A stretch of 64,000 nucleotides of DNA from Candidatus Methanomethylophilaceae archaeon (lineage in GTDB: Archaea > Thermoplasmatota > Thermoplasmata > Methanomassiliicoccales > Methanomethylophilaceae), in contig CALUHR010000013.1 in assembly GCA_944320495.1 (NCBI GenBank), forward strand, positions 128,001 to 192,000. Reading direction: 5' to 3'. Of the stretch, positions 38,668 through 50,017 are shown one piece after another (within the stretch, counting starts at the first letter, position 1; each line of letters starts with the position of its first letter). A program made the translations under genes and the position numbers. The notes beneath the pieces are model-generated. The model saw only the letters and a program-made list of their open reading frames with translations. It ran no database searches and was not told the DNA's origin.

Positions 38668-41600
38668 CTCAGGTCCTCCAGCTGAAGCCTCATGGCGACA
38701 CCCATGCTCAGGAGCTCGTCCATCAGCAGCTTGAAAGCGTAGGAAGTTTGGACGGGATAGATGTGGGTGTGGTTCTTGCACACCGGGCAGTAGAGCGCAC
38801 CGTTCCTGTCCTTGATTGCTATGTGTCCGCACCTGGGGTTGCCGCAGATGTACTGGACGGTTCCGTCGGACTCGTCGAGCAGCCTGTCCTTGATGACCAT
38901 GGCCGCGCCGTGACCGATGAGACAGTCCCTCTCCATCTCTCCGAACCTGAGACCTCCCTGCCTGGAGCGTCCCTCGGTGGGCTGCCTGGTGAGGATCTGG
39001 ACGGGTCCCCTGGACCTGACGTGCATCTTTCCGCTGACCATGTGGTGCAGCTTCTCGTAGAAGATGACGCCGGTGTAGACCTCGGTCTGGATCATGCGTC
39101 CGGTCCTGCCGTCGTACATGACCTCCTTGCCGTCCCTCTTGAACCCGTTCCTCACGAGCCCGTCGCGGATGGAGTCCTCGTTCTCTCCGGAGAACGCGGT
39201 TCCGTCGATGATGCGGCCCTCCATGGACCCGACCTTGCCCGCGATCATCTCGAGCACGTGCCCGATGGTCATACGGGACGGGATTCCGTGGGGGTTGACG
39301 ACGAGGTCGGGGGTGACCCCGTCGGCGGTGAAGGGCATGTCGCACTGGTCGACGAGCCTTCCGACGACTCCCTTCTGTCCGAACCTGGAGCAGAACTTGT
39401 CGCCCAGCTCAGGGATCCTCTCGTCCCTGACCTTGACGCGGACCAGCCTGCATCCGTTCTCGGACTCGGTGATCATGACGGAGTCGACGTAGCCCTTCTC
39501 GCCGGGGCGCACGGTGACGGAGGTCTCCCTGCGCTTCTGCGGGGTGAGGAAGTCTGTGTCCTCCTCCAGGAACCTGGGCGGGGACGTCTTCCCGATGAGG
39601 ACGTCGGACCCGTGGACCTCGGACTCGGGGGAGATGAGACCGTCCTCCCCGAGCTCGGCGTAGGCCAGGTCCGCCCTGGCGCCCATGATGTCGGGCGAGG
39701 GGATCTCGAAGTGGTCCTCCTGTCCTCCGGGGTAGCGGCGCTCCTCGGCGCGGTAGGACCTCATGAAGGTGGACCTTCCGAGTCCGCGCTGGACGGAGCT
39801 CTTGTTCATGACCAGGGCATCCTCGATGTTGTACCCGTGGTACGACAGGACCGCGATGCAGAAGTTCTGACCGGCGGGCCTGTGGCTGTAGCCGATGTAC
39901 TTCATGGTCTGGGTCTGGACCATCGGGACCTGGGGGTACTGCATCAGGTGTCCGCGGGTGTCGGGCCTGATCCTGTAGTTGGCGGTGGGCACTCCCAGGG
40001 CCTGCTTACCCATTCCCGCGCCCATGGTGATACGGGGCGCGGAGTTGTGCTCCGGATAGGGGACGATACCGGCGGCCACGCCGATGATGACCATGGGGTC
40101 GATCTCCATGTGGGTGTGGGCCTCGGTGATCTTGGTGGGCACCTCGAAGGTGCCGTCGCACCAGGTGCACCTGAGCTCGACGTCCCCGTCCTTGCCGGGG
40201 TTCATCCAGTCGGCGTCGGTGACCGAGAGCGCGTGCCCGCAGCAGGGGCACCTCCTCGGGAGGTCGTAGGCGTCCACGGCGACGAACGCGTCCTCCTCCT
40301 CCTCGGCGTCGAGCCACTCGACGATGCCCTCGCGGAACAGGTCGTTCCATTTGACCCTGCCGTCGCGGATGCCCTCCAGGTGCTTCCTGGTGAGGACGAG
40401 CCTGCCGTTCTTGACGATGAGCAGGGGCCTCCTGAGGCGTCCCTCGTCGCAGTTGATGAGGATCTCGCCCATCTCGGCGTCGTAGCGGATGTTGATCTCG
40501 TTGGAGATGAGTCCGCAGCGCCTGCGCTCCCTGATGTCGCTGACGAGCTTGGCAGGGTCGGAGTGGGTGCCGATGAGGTCCCCGTTGACGTAGACCCTGG
40601 CGCCGGTACCAGACTTGACGGTCTCGAGCTCGAGCTCCCTGAGCATCCATTTGACGTCGCCGTCGGGGAATCCCTCGGACACGTCGATGATCAGGGCGGC
40701 GTTCTTCACCAGTCCGCAGTTCTGACCCTCGGGAGTCTCGGACGGGCACAGCCTTCCCCACTGGGTGGGGTGCAGGTCACGGGCCTCGAAGTGGGGCTGG
40801 CTCCTGGTCAGCGAGGACGTGACCCTCCTGAGGTGGGACATGGCAGAGAGGTTGGACGTCCTGTCGAGCAGCTGGGACACTCCCGCGCGTCCGCCGACCC
40901 AGTTCCCGGTGGCGAGAGCGTGGAGCAGCTTGTGGGTGAGGAGGTCGGGACGGATGGAGGAGGCGATGTTCATCTCGCTCTTCTTCCTGCCCCAGTTCCT
41001 CTCCAGCTGGTACTTCAGGTCCTTCATGAGGCTGCTGAAGCTGGTCCTGAAGAGATCCTCCATGAGGTCGCCGGACAGCTTGAGCCTCTTGTTGGCGTAG
41101 TGGTCCTTGTCGTCCTCCTTCCTCTTGCCGAGGGACAGCTCCAGGACGGAGTGGGCGATGCGGCCGAGGAAGATGGCCTTCTTCATGCGGTCCTCCTGGG
41201 TGTCACCGAGGTGGGGCAGCAGGGACCTGTCGAGGATGCTCTCGACCTTCTTGGTCCTGTACTCCTTCGCCTGACCGGCGGCGAAGTTCCTCTCCAGGAA
41301 CAGGATGGCGTCCTCCTGGGTGTGGTATCCGTTGGGGGCGTAGGTCTTCTTGTCGAAGGAGGCCTCGATGTTGGCGTAGACGATGTTCGCCATGGCCTCG
41401 TCGGACACGATGGTCTCGAAGATCTCCTCGTCGGACTCCATCCCGAGGGCCTTCATGAGGGCCACCAGCGGGATGCTTCCGGAGGCGACGGGCACGGAGA
41501 CCATGACCATGCCGTCCTTCTTCTTCTCCACGAGGGTGAGGGCGCGGTATCCGTCCTTCTGGGAGAACACCTTGGCGACCTCCACGGCCGCGCCGTACTT

Positions 41601-42266
41601 CTCGTTGTACTCGACCATGACCCTGTTGGGGGCCAGGTCCTCGAGCGTGATCAGGACCCTCTCGGTGCCGCCGATGATGAAGTATCCGCCGGGCTCCCTG
41701 GGGTCCTCCTTCTGCCTGATGAGCTCGTCCTCGTACTCCCTGTCGGTGAAGGCGCGCTCGGCGTGCCTCTCCATGACCTGGCGGTTGAGGTTGCAGCCGG
41801 AGGATTTGACCATCATCGGGAGATCCCCGACGTGGATCCACCTCTCGCTCTCGGGCACCTCCTTCTGCACGCCGTCCTCGTAGACGTCGAAGCGGACGTA
41901 GACGGGGGACATGTAGTTGAGGTTCCTGAGCCTGGCCTCCATGGGGGTGAGCTCGTGGCTGTACCCGTTGGCCTCCATGACCTTGGGCTCCTCGACGCGG
42001 ATGGTGGCCTTGCTCTGGGGGTCGACCTTCCCGTCGTCGTCCCTCGGCCTGCCGATGCGGATCTCGATGTTCCTTCCGCCGGTCCTCTCCGGGTCCAGCC
42101 TGATGATCCCCCTGTCCGCGTCGTCCGTGGGCACACGGATGTCGTCGACGATCCTCTGCATCCTGCTGTCCGGGTTGTCCGCGGTGGCGAGGAAGTCGTC
42201 GAAGGACGAGATGTGGTGGTTGACGATGTTGCGCTCCCTGAAGTAAAGATTTACCAGATCCCTCAG
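38664..42266 (-). CDS. rpoB: RNA polymerase subunit B (unsplit), probable CTG start at 42266
   Basis: [43 protein letters not shown]; conserved [10 protein letters not shown] lies upstream of the first ATG (42161). Confidence 0.96.
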   Translation of the reverse strand: MRDLVNLYFRERNIVNHHISSFDDFLATADNPDSRMQRIVDDIRVPTDDADRGIIRLDPERTGGRNIEIRIGRPRDDDGKVDPQSKATIRVEEPKVMEANGYSHELTPMEARLRNLNYMSPVYVRFDVYEDGVQKEVPESERWIHVGDLPMMVKSSGCNLNRQVMERHAERAFTDREYEDELIRQKEDPREPGGYFIIGGTERVLITLEDLAPNRVMVEYNEKYGAAVEVAKVFSQKDGYRALTLVEKKKDGMVMVSVPVASGSIPLVALMKALGMESDEEIFETIVSDEAMANIVYANIEASFDKKTYAPNGYHTQEDAILFLERNFAAGQAKEYRTKKVESILDRSLLPHLGDTQEDRMKKAIFLGRIAHSVLELSLGKRKEDDKDHYANKRLKLSGDLMEDLFRTSFSSLMKDLKYQLERNWGRKKSEMNIASSIRPDLLTHKLLHALATGNWVGGRAGVSQLLDRTSNLSAMSHLRRVTSSLTRSQPHFEARDLHPTQWGRLCPSETPEGQNCGLVKNAALIIDVSEGFPDGDVKWMLRELELETVKSGTGARVYVNGDLIGTHSDPAKLVSDIRERRRCGLISNEINIRYDAEMGEILINCDEGRLRRPLLIVKNGRLVLTRKHLEGIRDGRVKWNDLFREGIVEWLDAEEEEDAFVAVDAYDLPRRCPCCGHALSVTDADWMNPGKDGDVELRCTWCDGTFEVPTKITEAHTHMEIDPMVIIGVAAGIVPYPEHNSAPRITMGAGMGKQALGVPTANYRIRPDTRGHLMQYPQVPMVQTQTMKYIGYSHRPAGQNFCIAVLSYHGYNIEDALVMNKSSVQRGLGRSTFMRSYRAEERRYPGGQEDHFEIPSPDIMGARADLAYAELGEDGLISPESEVHGSDVLIGKTSPPRFLEEDTDFLTPQKRRETSVTVRPGEKGYVDSVMITESENGCRLVRVKVRDERIPELGDKFCSRFGQKGVVGRLVDQCDMPFTADGVTPDLVVNPHGIPSRMTIGHVLEMIAGKVGSMEGRIIDGTAFSGENEDSIRDGLVRNGFKRDGKEVMYDGRTGRMIQTEVYTGVIFYEKLHHMVSGKMHVRSRGPVQILTRQPTEGRSRQGGLRFGEMERDCLIGHGAAMVIKDRLLDESDGTVQYICGNPRCGHIAIKDRNGALYCPVCKNHTHIYPVQTSYAFKLLMDELLSMGVAMRLQLEDLR

Positions 42267-42270
42267 TCGC

Positions 42271-42534
42271 TCACCCCCTGGTTACGAGCCTGTAGACCAC
42301 GAACTCCTGCGCGGTCTCGCTCTTTCTGACGATCTTGATGACGCGACCCTCGTCGATGGGCCCGTGGATCGTCTCAAGGACCTTGATGCCGGGGTCGCTC
42401 TTCCTGATCTTCGGAAGCTGCCCCCTGGTGATGCCCATCTCCCCGAGCACCGCGTCCGCCTCCTCCTGAGAGAGGAGATGGTGCTCCGGAACGAGGACGT
42501 GCCTAAGCACATTGAAGCTAGTTTCTGCTGCCAA
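42271..42534 (-). CDS. rpoH: RNA polymerase subunit H (TTG start)
   Basis: [24 protein letters not shown]. Confidence 0.95.
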   Translation of the reverse strand: MAAETSFNVLRHVLVPEHHLLSQEEADAVLGEMGITRGQLPKIRKSDPGIKVLETIHGPIDEGRVIKIVRKSETAQEFVVYRLVTRG

Positions 42535-42646
42535 GTGACTCACCTACTTTTTCCCAGCCCGGTCAGCCGGTTAATCGGTTTCAGAGAAATGCTACGCATG
42601 CCTTCCTCATACTTGATCCGCCGTTCGATCGCTCATGAAGTCCATC

Positions 42647-42723
42647 TGGCGGGCCTGAAGGGATTCGAACCCTTGACCACCTGATTAAAAGTCAGATGCT
42701 CTACCTAGCTGAGCTACAGGCCC
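42647..42723 (-). tRNA. tRNA-Lys(UUU), CCA encoded
   Basis: GGGCCTGTAGCTCAGCTAGGTAGAGC, anticodon loop CT-TTT-AA, GGTTCGAATCC, ...GGCCCGCCA. Confidence 0.97.
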
Positions 42724-42843
42724 ATGGATAGCTTAAAGCTTGTAAGTATCGGGCAACGGGTCATCCTATTTAACAGAATCGGCTATGCGCGGACACGGCC
42801 CGTCGCCCGATGCGTGCTTAACCTTGTTAAATCGCGCCTGCGA

Positions 42844-43644
42844 TCGGTTTTCGGACTCTCCGGCCCTCTCCGTGACCGGTGCGGCCCTCTTCCTGGCAAA
42901 GATGAGGTACGCCGTGTGGCCGAGGGTGTCGAAGGACGGCCTCACCCCTCCTGGGTGGACCTCCATGAACCTCTGGATGTTCTCCAGCGCACGGACGTCG
43001 GCGTAGCCCGCCTCGCGGAGGGCCGTGACTATGCTCTCCATCTGGTTCATGTTCGGCACGTAGGCGCAGAGCCTGCCGCCCGCCCTCAGGAGGGGATCGA
43101 GATTGGGCAGCGCCAACCACGGGTCTGGCATGTCCATGGTGAGCGCGTCCGCCTGCCAGTCGATTCCTGGATCGGCCTCGCGGGCGTCCCCGATGGAATA
43201 GGACCAGCGGGAGTCCAGCCCGGTGCGGGCGACGTTCCTCTCCGTGCGCTTCGCGTTCTCCTCCTTGAGCTCCATGGTGTGCACGTGGCCCGTCGGACCT
43301 ACGGCGGTGAGCAGAGCGGTGGTGAGGCCGCCGGACCCAGCGCCGATCTCGAGGACGCGGTCGCCGGACTTCACGTCGCAGTGCATGAGGATCGTGGCGG
43401 CGTCCTTGGGCGAGATGATCTGGGCGCCCCTCTCCAGCGAGCCGATGAGGTCCATCGCGCCGGGGCGGAACACGGTGTACTCGCGGCCGACCAGGGTCAC
43501 GCGGTCGCCGTCGTCCAGTCCCTTGAGCTTGGACCCGTCCATGGCGCCGAGCCCCTGGACCTTCAGCATGCCGAACGAAACCTTGAGCCAGTGCCTCTTC
43601 CCCTCGGCGTCCTCCAGGAACACCGTCTCGCCCTCTGCGAACAT
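42844..43644 (-). CDS. trmI: tRNA (adenine-N1)-methyltransferase TrmI/Trm61; ends at CGA 42844-42846 (standard-code end 42766)
   Basis: AQIISPKD, VLEIGAGSG, DMPDPW, RPSFDTLGHTAYLIFARK. Confidence 0.92.
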
Positions 43645-43755
43645 GGACGGACGATTGGGCACCTCGTTTAATAGAATGACCCCGCCGGGACGCGTCCGGA
43701 CGGGTTCGCCGGGCACGGGGCCCGGCATGGTTTCCCGGGGGTCGGAGCCCCCGGA

Positions 43756-45159
43756 TCACATGGTGTGCGCGGCGTACGCCGGCTGGTCCACGGGCTTGCC
43801 GCAGATTATGCACTTGCCGGAGTACTGCTCGGGGTGGTAGGGCCTGCCGAGGATCTTGAACCCGTAGGTGTCCTCGAACTTGTGGCCGCACTCCTCGCAG
43901 CCGCACCAGCCGAACCTGAGGATCTTGTCCTCGGGCAGGTTCTCGACCGAGTCCACGTCCTGGATGCGCGACTTCTGGATCTCGCAGGCCTTCTGGTACA
44001 TGTTCTCGGAGATGGCGTCGAGCAGGAGCTGCACGCCGGGCGCGAGGGAGTCGATGGCGATCTCGCCCTTCTCGCCGGTGTCCCTCCTGGCGAAGGAGAC
44101 CACGCCGTTCTCGATGTCCCTGCCGCCGAGCTCGATGCGCAGCGGGACTCCCTTCATCTCCCACTCGTAGTACTTGGCGCCGGGGCGCATGTCGCGGTCG
44201 TCCAGCTTCACGCGGATGCCTGCCGACCTGAGCACCTCGGCGATGCGCATGGTGGCCTCTGCGACGGCCGCCGCATTGTCCTTCTTGAAGATCGGGATGA
44301 TCACGCACTGGAAGGGGGCGATGCCCGGGGGCATGACGAGTCCCTGGTCGTCCCCGTGGACGCCGATGAGGGCGCCGACCAGCCTCTCGGACATGCCGAA
44401 GGTGGTCTGGTGGACGTGCTTGTGCTCGCCGTTCTCGTCCTCGTAGGTGATGTCGTAGGGGATAGAGAAGTTGGTGCGGTAGTGGTGGATGGACCCCATC
44501 TGCAGCGTCCTGCCGTTGGGCATGGACGTGTCGATGCCGACGGTGTAGTGCGCGCCGGGGAACTTGTCCCACTCGGTGCGGATGAGCAGGGTGTAGGGCA
44601 GGCAGATCTTCCTGGCGATCCTCTCGAGGATCTCGATGTCCTCCTCCACCTGGCACTGGGCGTCCTCCTCGGACACGTGGCAGGTGTGGGACTCGAAGAA
44701 GTGGATCTCGCGGACCCTGATGAACGGGCGGGTCTGCTTGGTCTCGTACCTGAAGGTGTTGACGATCTGGTACGTCTTCAGGGGGAGGTCCTGGTGGGAC
44801 CTGACCCAGAGGGAGAACATCGGGTACATGGCGGTCTCCGAGGTGGGCCTGACGACCAGCCTGACGTCGAGCTCGTTGAGGCCGGCGTGGGTGACCCAGT
44901 AGACCTCCTCGTCGAATCCCTTGATGTGGTCCTTCTCCTTGGCGAACTGGTCCTCCGGGATCATCAGGGGGAAGCAGACCTCGTCGTGCCCGGTGGCGTC
45001 GAACTCCTCGCGGATGTAGGAGTCGATCTGCCTCATGATCTTCCAGCCGTACGGCGTCCAGACGTTCATCCCCTTGATGGGGTACCTCTTGTCGCAGAGG
45101 TTGGCCTTCTCGACGATGTCGAGGTACCAGTCGGCGAAGTTGTCCTCTTTCATCGACAT
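43756..45159 (-). CDS. proS: Proline-tRNA ligase (archaeal/eukaryotic type)
   Basis: RPTSET, FRYETKQTRPFIRVRE, GMSER, WEMKGVPLRIE. Confidence 0.97.
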   Translation of the reverse strand: MSMKEDNFADWYLDIVEKANLCDKRYPIKGMNVWTPYGWKIMRQIDSYIREEFDATGHDEVCFPLMIPEDQFAKEKDHIKGFDEEVYWVTHAGLNELDVRLVVRPTSETAMYPMFSLWVRSHQDLPLKTYQIVNTFRYETKQTRPFIRVREIHFFESHTCHVSEEDAQCQVEEDIEILERIARKICLPYTLLIRTEWDKFPGAHYTVGIDTSMPNGRTLQMGSIHHYRTNFSIPYDITYEDENGEHKHVHQTTFGMSERLVGALIGVHGDDQGLVMPPGIAPFQCVIIPIFKKDNAAAVAEATMRIAEVLRSAGIRVKLDDRDMRPGAKYYEWEMKGVPLRIELGGRDIENGVVSFARRDTGEKGEIAIDSLAPGVQLLLDAISENMYQKACEIQKSRIQDVDSVENLPEDKILRFGWCGCEECGHKFEDTYGFKILGRPYHPEQYSGKCIICGKPVDQPAYAAHTM

Positions 45160-45164
45160 GCAGA

Positions 45165-46019
45165 TCACTCCCTCAGCGCGTCGGCGATGAGGCCGGCGAC
45201 GGAGATGTGGGACACCTCGTTCTCGAGGGTGTTGCAGCAGAGCACCGCGGACAGAGCGGAGCCGGTGAGCCTCTCGATGGCGTTGTTCACGAAGACCCCG
45301 TGGGTGCAGGCGACCGCTACGGACGCGGCGCCGGCGTCCCTGAGGGCGGAGGCGGCGGTGACGATGGTCCCTCCGGTGGAAATCATGTCGTCCACGATGA
45401 GGACGTTCTTGCCCGCGACGTCGAATGTGGCGGGGGCGATCCTGACCTCGGTCCCGGAGAGGCGGGTCTTGTTCAGGTGGTCGCTGGGGACGCCCATCCT
45501 GTCACCGACGTCCTTGGCGCGCCCTGCGGCCCCGATGTCTGGGGAGAGGACCAGGTCGATCCCCTTGCCCTTGAAGTAGTCGGCTATGACGGCGGCGGCC
45601 TTGAGGTCGGTGTGCCTGCAGGGGAAGTAGTCGAGGACGGCCTCCTTGTGGATGTCGATGGTGATGACCCTGTCGCAGACCAGAGCGAGGTGCTGGCACA
45701 TTACCTTGGCGGACTCCGGCTCGCCGGGCTTGAAGACGCGGTCCTGCCTGGCGTACCCGAAGTAGGGGATGACCAGGGTGACGGACCTGGCCCCGAGCCT
45801 GCGGACGGCGTCCTGGATCAGGAACATCTCGATCAGGCTGTCGTTGGGGTAGGTGTTCTGGACGATGACCACGTCGTCATCGAGGGCCTCGGCGTCGATC
45901 CTGGTGTAGCACTCGCCGTCGGGGAACTTCGTGGACGCGGCCTGGATATAGGTGCAGTCGAGGATACCCGCCAGCTCTTTGGCAAGGTCCCTGGATGAGG
46001 AGCCGCCTACTATTATCAT
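45165..46019 (-). CDS. prs: Ribose-phosphate pyrophosphokinase
   Basis: FPDGE, PYFGYARQD, VDDMISTGGT, CTHGVF. Confidence 0.96.
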   Translation of the reverse strand: MIIVGGSSSRDLAKELAGILDCTYIQAASTKFPDGECYTRIDAEALDDDVVIVQNTYPNDSLIEMFLIQDAVRRLGARSVTLVIPYFGYARQDRVFKPGEPESAKVMCQHLALVCDRVITIDIHKEAVLDYFPCRHTDLKAAAVIADYFKGKGIDLVLSPDIGAAGRAKDVGDRMGVPSDHLNKTRLSGTEVRIAPATFDVAGKNVLIVDDMISTGGTIVTAASALRDAGAASVAVACTHGVFVNNAIERLTGSALSAVLCCNTLENEVSHISVAGLIADALRE

Positions 46020-46271
46020 GATTCGCGTGTAAGTAATCGCGGTAATAAGGGTTTACTGGGACGGTGACCCAGAGCGTGGGTATGGCCGGGGGATGACCCC
46101 CGGAAAAGGAGAAAGGAGGACACGGGTAACCAACGCGTCTTCAAGGCAGGAGCGGGCCCGATCGTCCCGGGCCGGGAGTTCCCATGCTATTCTTGGATAT
46201 AGCATCCATCCATATAAAGGTGACTGCCCCCGACCGACACGGCGATATGCCCGGACGACCTGCGAGAGGCC

Positions 46272-46574
46272 ATGGCAGAAAGACAGGACGTCGTCACCGA
46301 CGAGCGGATGGACAAATACCTCGACATCACGGGCCGCGCCCTGGCGAAGCTCAGGATCGCGGCGCCGGAGAAGTCCTACAACCGCCGCCTGGCGGACAGC
46401 TTCCTCGAGATGGCCAACTGCTACTACTCGGACGCGAAGCACTTCAGGGAGTGCGGAGACCTCGTCACCGCCTTCGCGGCCGTTAACTACGCCCACGCCT
46501 GGCTGGACTGCGGCGCCAGGATCGGCCTCTTCGACGTCGGAGGGGACGACGTCCTCTTCACGCTCTTTGAACGA
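46272..46574 (+). CDS. DUF357-like protein; ends at CGA 46572-46574 (standard-code end 46604)
   Basis: YYSDAKHF, AFAAVNYAHAWLD...RIGLF. Confidence 0.8.
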
Positions 46575-47421
46575 TCGCCTCGCGATGGCTCGAAGAGCAC
46601 CTGAACGTCCTCACGTGACCCCTGCCCAGCATGGACCAGAGGACCTCCTCCGGCGCGTCTGTGTAGATGCTGTTGCCCAGCATGCACATGCCGGCATGGA
46701 ACCCGCGGGACCTGAGGCCGTCCAGGACGTCCGACATGCGGGACGACTCCAGACCGGTCTCGCGGGAGAAGCGGTTGGACGCGACGAACAGGTTCTCGTA
46801 GGTGGGATCCGCTATGAACCCGTCCAGGGTGTCGGCCGCCGCGTCACGGACGGCCTCCATCCTCCCGGGATCGGCCAGGACGTCGCCGGTCTCCATGACC
46901 GGCCCGAGCACCGCCAGTGTAATCCTGGGGATCGTGAACCCGGCGTTCCTGACGGCCCCGTGTGGCGGCAGTCCCGCCACCGTGCGTATCGGCACGTCCC
47001 TGCCGCCGACTATGGCGCTGACGTCCCCGAGCCCCCCTCCGCAGCGGACCTCCGCCACGTGTGCGGCGGAGAACGCCTCGAACCTGGGCATGCCCGTGAC
47101 ATCCGCTATGGCAAGACCGACGGCGATCGCTCCGGCGGCGCTCATGCCGAACCCCTGGCTCACCGGCAGGTCGTTGTCTATCGAGATGTCGAACCCCGTC
47201 CCGGGCGCCATGATCGAGGCCACCGTGCGGGTGACGGGTGCGTCGGACTCCTCGCCGTCCATCCTCACGATGACCTCGCCGTCGTCCCTCGGGACGACGT
47301 CGGCGCGGGCCCCGAGGCTCAGGCGTATGCCCACCCCGCGGGACCCCGTCGACATCACGTCGTAGGACCTGATCGGCTGGAAGATGCACGACACGTGCCC
47401 GGGGCAGAACGCTCTCGCCAT
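46558..47421 (-). CDS. pok: Pantoate kinase (GHMP family)
   Basis: PGHVSCIF, SRGVG, PVSQGFGMSAAG, GGLGDV, MCMLGNS; adjacent to coaBC. Confidence 0.88.
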   Translation of the reverse strand: MARAFCPGHVSCIFQPIRSYDVMSTGSRGVGIRLSLGARADVVPRDDGEVIVRMDGEESDAPVTRTVASIMAPGTGFDISIDNDLPVSQGFGMSAAGAIAVGLAIADVTGMPRFEAFSAAHVAEVRCGGGLGDVSAIVGGRDVPIRTVAGLPPHGAVRNAGFTIPRITLAVLGPVMETGDVLADPGRMEAVRDAAADTLDGFIADPTYENLFVASNRFSRETGLESSRMSDVLDGLRSRGFHAGMCMLGNSIYTDAPEEVLWSMLGRGHVRTFRCSSSHREAIVQRA

Positions 47422-47423
47422 GA

Positions 47424-48611
47424 TCGCAGCTTCTTGATGCAGAGGTCGAGGATCGCGTCGGAGACCTCGGCCTTCGTACCGGTGATGGCCCTGTCCTCGG
47501 TCTCGGTCACGAGGATGGAGGAGGAGGTCGTCCTCCCGACCACGTCGATGTCGTTGGCCACCACGGCGGCGAGGTCGTACCTCTGCAGACGGCTCCTCGC
47601 CCTGTCGACCAGCTCCTGCCTCGTGAGACCCGACTCGGCCTTGAAGCCGACGACCACGGGGCACCTCTCCCTGATGAGGGGCAGCACCTTCGGGACCGGC
47701 CCCAGATCGAGGTCGAACCCCGCATCGCTGGATATCTTGCCGGACACAGGCTCCAGCGGGGTGAAGTCCGCCAGGGCGGCCGGGACGATGACCGCATCGT
47801 GGTCTATCTCCGGGACCATCCCCACGAGGTCCGACACGGTGGCGAACCTCCTGGTGGGGATGTAGTCGGGCAGCTGCACGCTGCATCCGCCCATCCACAG
47901 CTCCACGTCCGCACCCCTCTCGAAGGCCCTCCTGGCGAGCTCCACGCTCATGGTCCCGGACGAGCGGTTGGTGATGATCCTCATCGAGTCGATTGGCTCC
48001 TCGCTCCTGCCGCCGATGATCAGCAGGCGCTTGCCCTGCAGGTAGTTCCTGGAGAGCAGCTTGAACGTGGATGCGACGATCTCCTCGCGGGATGCGACCT
48101 TCGCCCTGCCGTCGGAGACGCGGGGGCCGATGAAGGTGACGCCCCACGCCTTTAGTCTGGCTATGTTCGCGGAGACCGCGGGGTTGGTGTACATGGAGTC
48201 GTGCATGGCCGGCGCGATGGCCACCGGGATCCCGGATCCGAGGGCGACGGTGGCGAAGGACGTCACCGGTGTGTCGTCGATGCCGTTGGCCAGCTTGGAC
48301 ACGGTGTTCGCAGTCGCCGGGTAGATGAGGAGCAGGTCGGCGGAGCGGGCGGCCATCATGGTGATGTGCTCGGTCCCGCCGGTGAGGTCCGTGACCGGCC
48401 TGTGGCCGCAGGCGAACTCCAGGGAGTCGGGCGTGACGAGCTTCTGGGCCTCGCGGGTCATCACGACCCTGACCTCCGCGCCGTGCCTGACCAGCTCCCT
48501 TATGGTGCCGAAGCACTCGACGGCTGCTATGCTCCCGGTGATGCCGATGACGACCGTCTTCCCCCTGAGCTTGGTGCTCTTCTCGCAGTAGATCTCCTCC
48601 GAAGGATGCAT
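47424..48611 (-). CDS. coaBC: Phosphopantothenoylcysteine decarboxylase/synthetase; ends at CGA 47424-47426 (standard-code end 47355)
   Basis: GITGSIAA, PATANT, PAMH, EPID...ITNRSSG, VVGFKAE, VVANDI. Confidence 0.94.
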
Positions 48612-48612
48612 C

Positions 48613-49206
48613 TCAAAGAACCTCCCGAATGATTTTCATGACGTCGGCCAGGACGTCCTCCCTGGGGCGGGAGGCGTCGACGACCTCGAAGCCGTACCTC
48701 TCCGCCAGCTCCAGGTAGCGCTCCCTGACCTGGGTGAGGAAGCGGAGCTCCTCGAACTTGCTCCCCTCCTCTCCCCTGGAGCCCACCCTGGCGAGGGCCT
48801 CCGCGGGGTCCATGTCCAGCAGGATGACCGCGTCAGGGATGCCGACGAACCGCTCGGAGAGGGTCTCTAGCCAGCCCTCGTCCGCGGAGTCCCCGTCCAG
48901 GGAGGCGGACTGGTAGGCGATGGTGGACGCGTAGTACCTGTCGCACAGCACGACGGAACCCTCCCCGACCCTGCGCATGATGCGGTCGGTGTGCTCGATG
49001 CGGTCGGCGACGAACAGCAGCGACTCGGCCCTCTGGGATATCCTCCCTGCGGCGCCTGAGCGTATCAGCGCGCCCACGCCGGTGTCGGTGGGCTCGAAGG
49101 TCACCTCCGCGTCGCGCCCCTCCGAACGGAGGATCTCCGCCGCGGACCTGCATGCGGTGGTCTTCCCGGTGCCGTCGATGCCCTCCAAGACTATGAACGC
49201 GCCCAT
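48613..49206 (-). CDS. tmk: Thymidylate kinase
   Basis: LEGIDGTGKTT, LFVADR, CDRYYAS. Confidence 0.95.
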   Translation of the reverse strand: MGAFIVLEGIDGTGKTTACRSAAEILRSEGRDAEVTFEPTDTGVGALIRSGAAGRISQRAESLLFVADRIEHTDRIMRRVGEGSVVLCDRYYASTIAYQSASLDGDSADEGWLETLSERFVGIPDAVILLDMDPAEALARVGSRGEEGSKFEELRFLTQVRERYLELAERYGFEVVDASRPREDVLADVMKIIREVL

Positions 49207-49232
49207 GTCGGCGTTGTTATGCCCCGAGCGAT

Positions 49233-49640
49233 TTAAACCTTCATCAGTTCGACGCGCTCCCTCAGGAGCCTGACCGCCGAGTCCAGCGACTCGACGTCCT
49301 TGGAGTACGGCCTGCAGAGGACCGTCAGGTCCCTGCGCACCGTGTCGTCATAATCCACGCAGAGCGACTCCAGGTCCCGCCTCAGCGAATCCGCGAGGTT
49401 CCCTCCGCGCCTGTCCCAGTCCGTCAGGATCACGGCCGGCCTCCCCTCGCGCCAGACGTGCTCCGCGGCCTTCAGCGGCCCTCCGCCGGACTGGACGCAG
49501 TAGAACTCCCCCTCGATCCCCAGCGCCCTCAGGGCGTCGACGTCCTTCAGGCCCTCCACCAGGATCACGTGGTCCTCCGCCAGCTCCGAGAGCCTGGCCA
49601 GGCACTCCTCGATGGACTCGAGGCGCTCGGCGTCGTCCAT
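49233..49640 (-). CDS. Small Toprim-domain protein (RNase M5-like)
   Basis: ILVEGLKD, VILTDWDRRG. Confidence 0.88.
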   Translation of the reverse strand: MDDAERLESIEECLARLSELAEDHVILVEGLKDVDALRALGIEGEFYCVQSGGGPLKAAEHVWREGRPAVILTDWDRRGGNLADSLRRDLESLCVDYDDTVRRDLTVLCRPYSKDVESLDSAVRLLRERVELMKV

Positions 49641-49932
49641 CGACGGCCCCCAGCGAGGCGAGGATGGGATCGGGGTCGCCGCGGATGCGGACGGTCTTCT
49701 GCCTGGACGTCATCCCCGAAGAGACCTCGCACCTGCATCCGGTCAGATCGGAGAAGAACCTGCAGACCTCCGCGTTAGCGCGTCCGTCGAGCGGCGGGGC
49801 GGAGACCCTCAGGACCATGCGCCTCCTCCACTCGTCGTAGCCGTCCGGACCGGGGCGGCTGGACCTGGGTGAGACGGACACATCGACCTCCACCCACCCG
49901 TCGCCGCGGCGGCAAACATCCTGGACCCTCAT
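49633..49932 (-). CDS. DUF167/YggU-family protein, 99 aa; ends at CGA 49633-49635 (standard-code end 49348)
   Basis: VSVSPRS, VSAPPLDGRANAE, SGMTSRQK. Confidence 0.85.
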
Positions 49933-50017
49933 GACACCCGGATGGGTGCGGTGGAGTTGAACCCTCCGCCGGACGTCGCACCGAACGCTTTATAGCGCGC
50001 GCGTGATGGCGTCCCCG

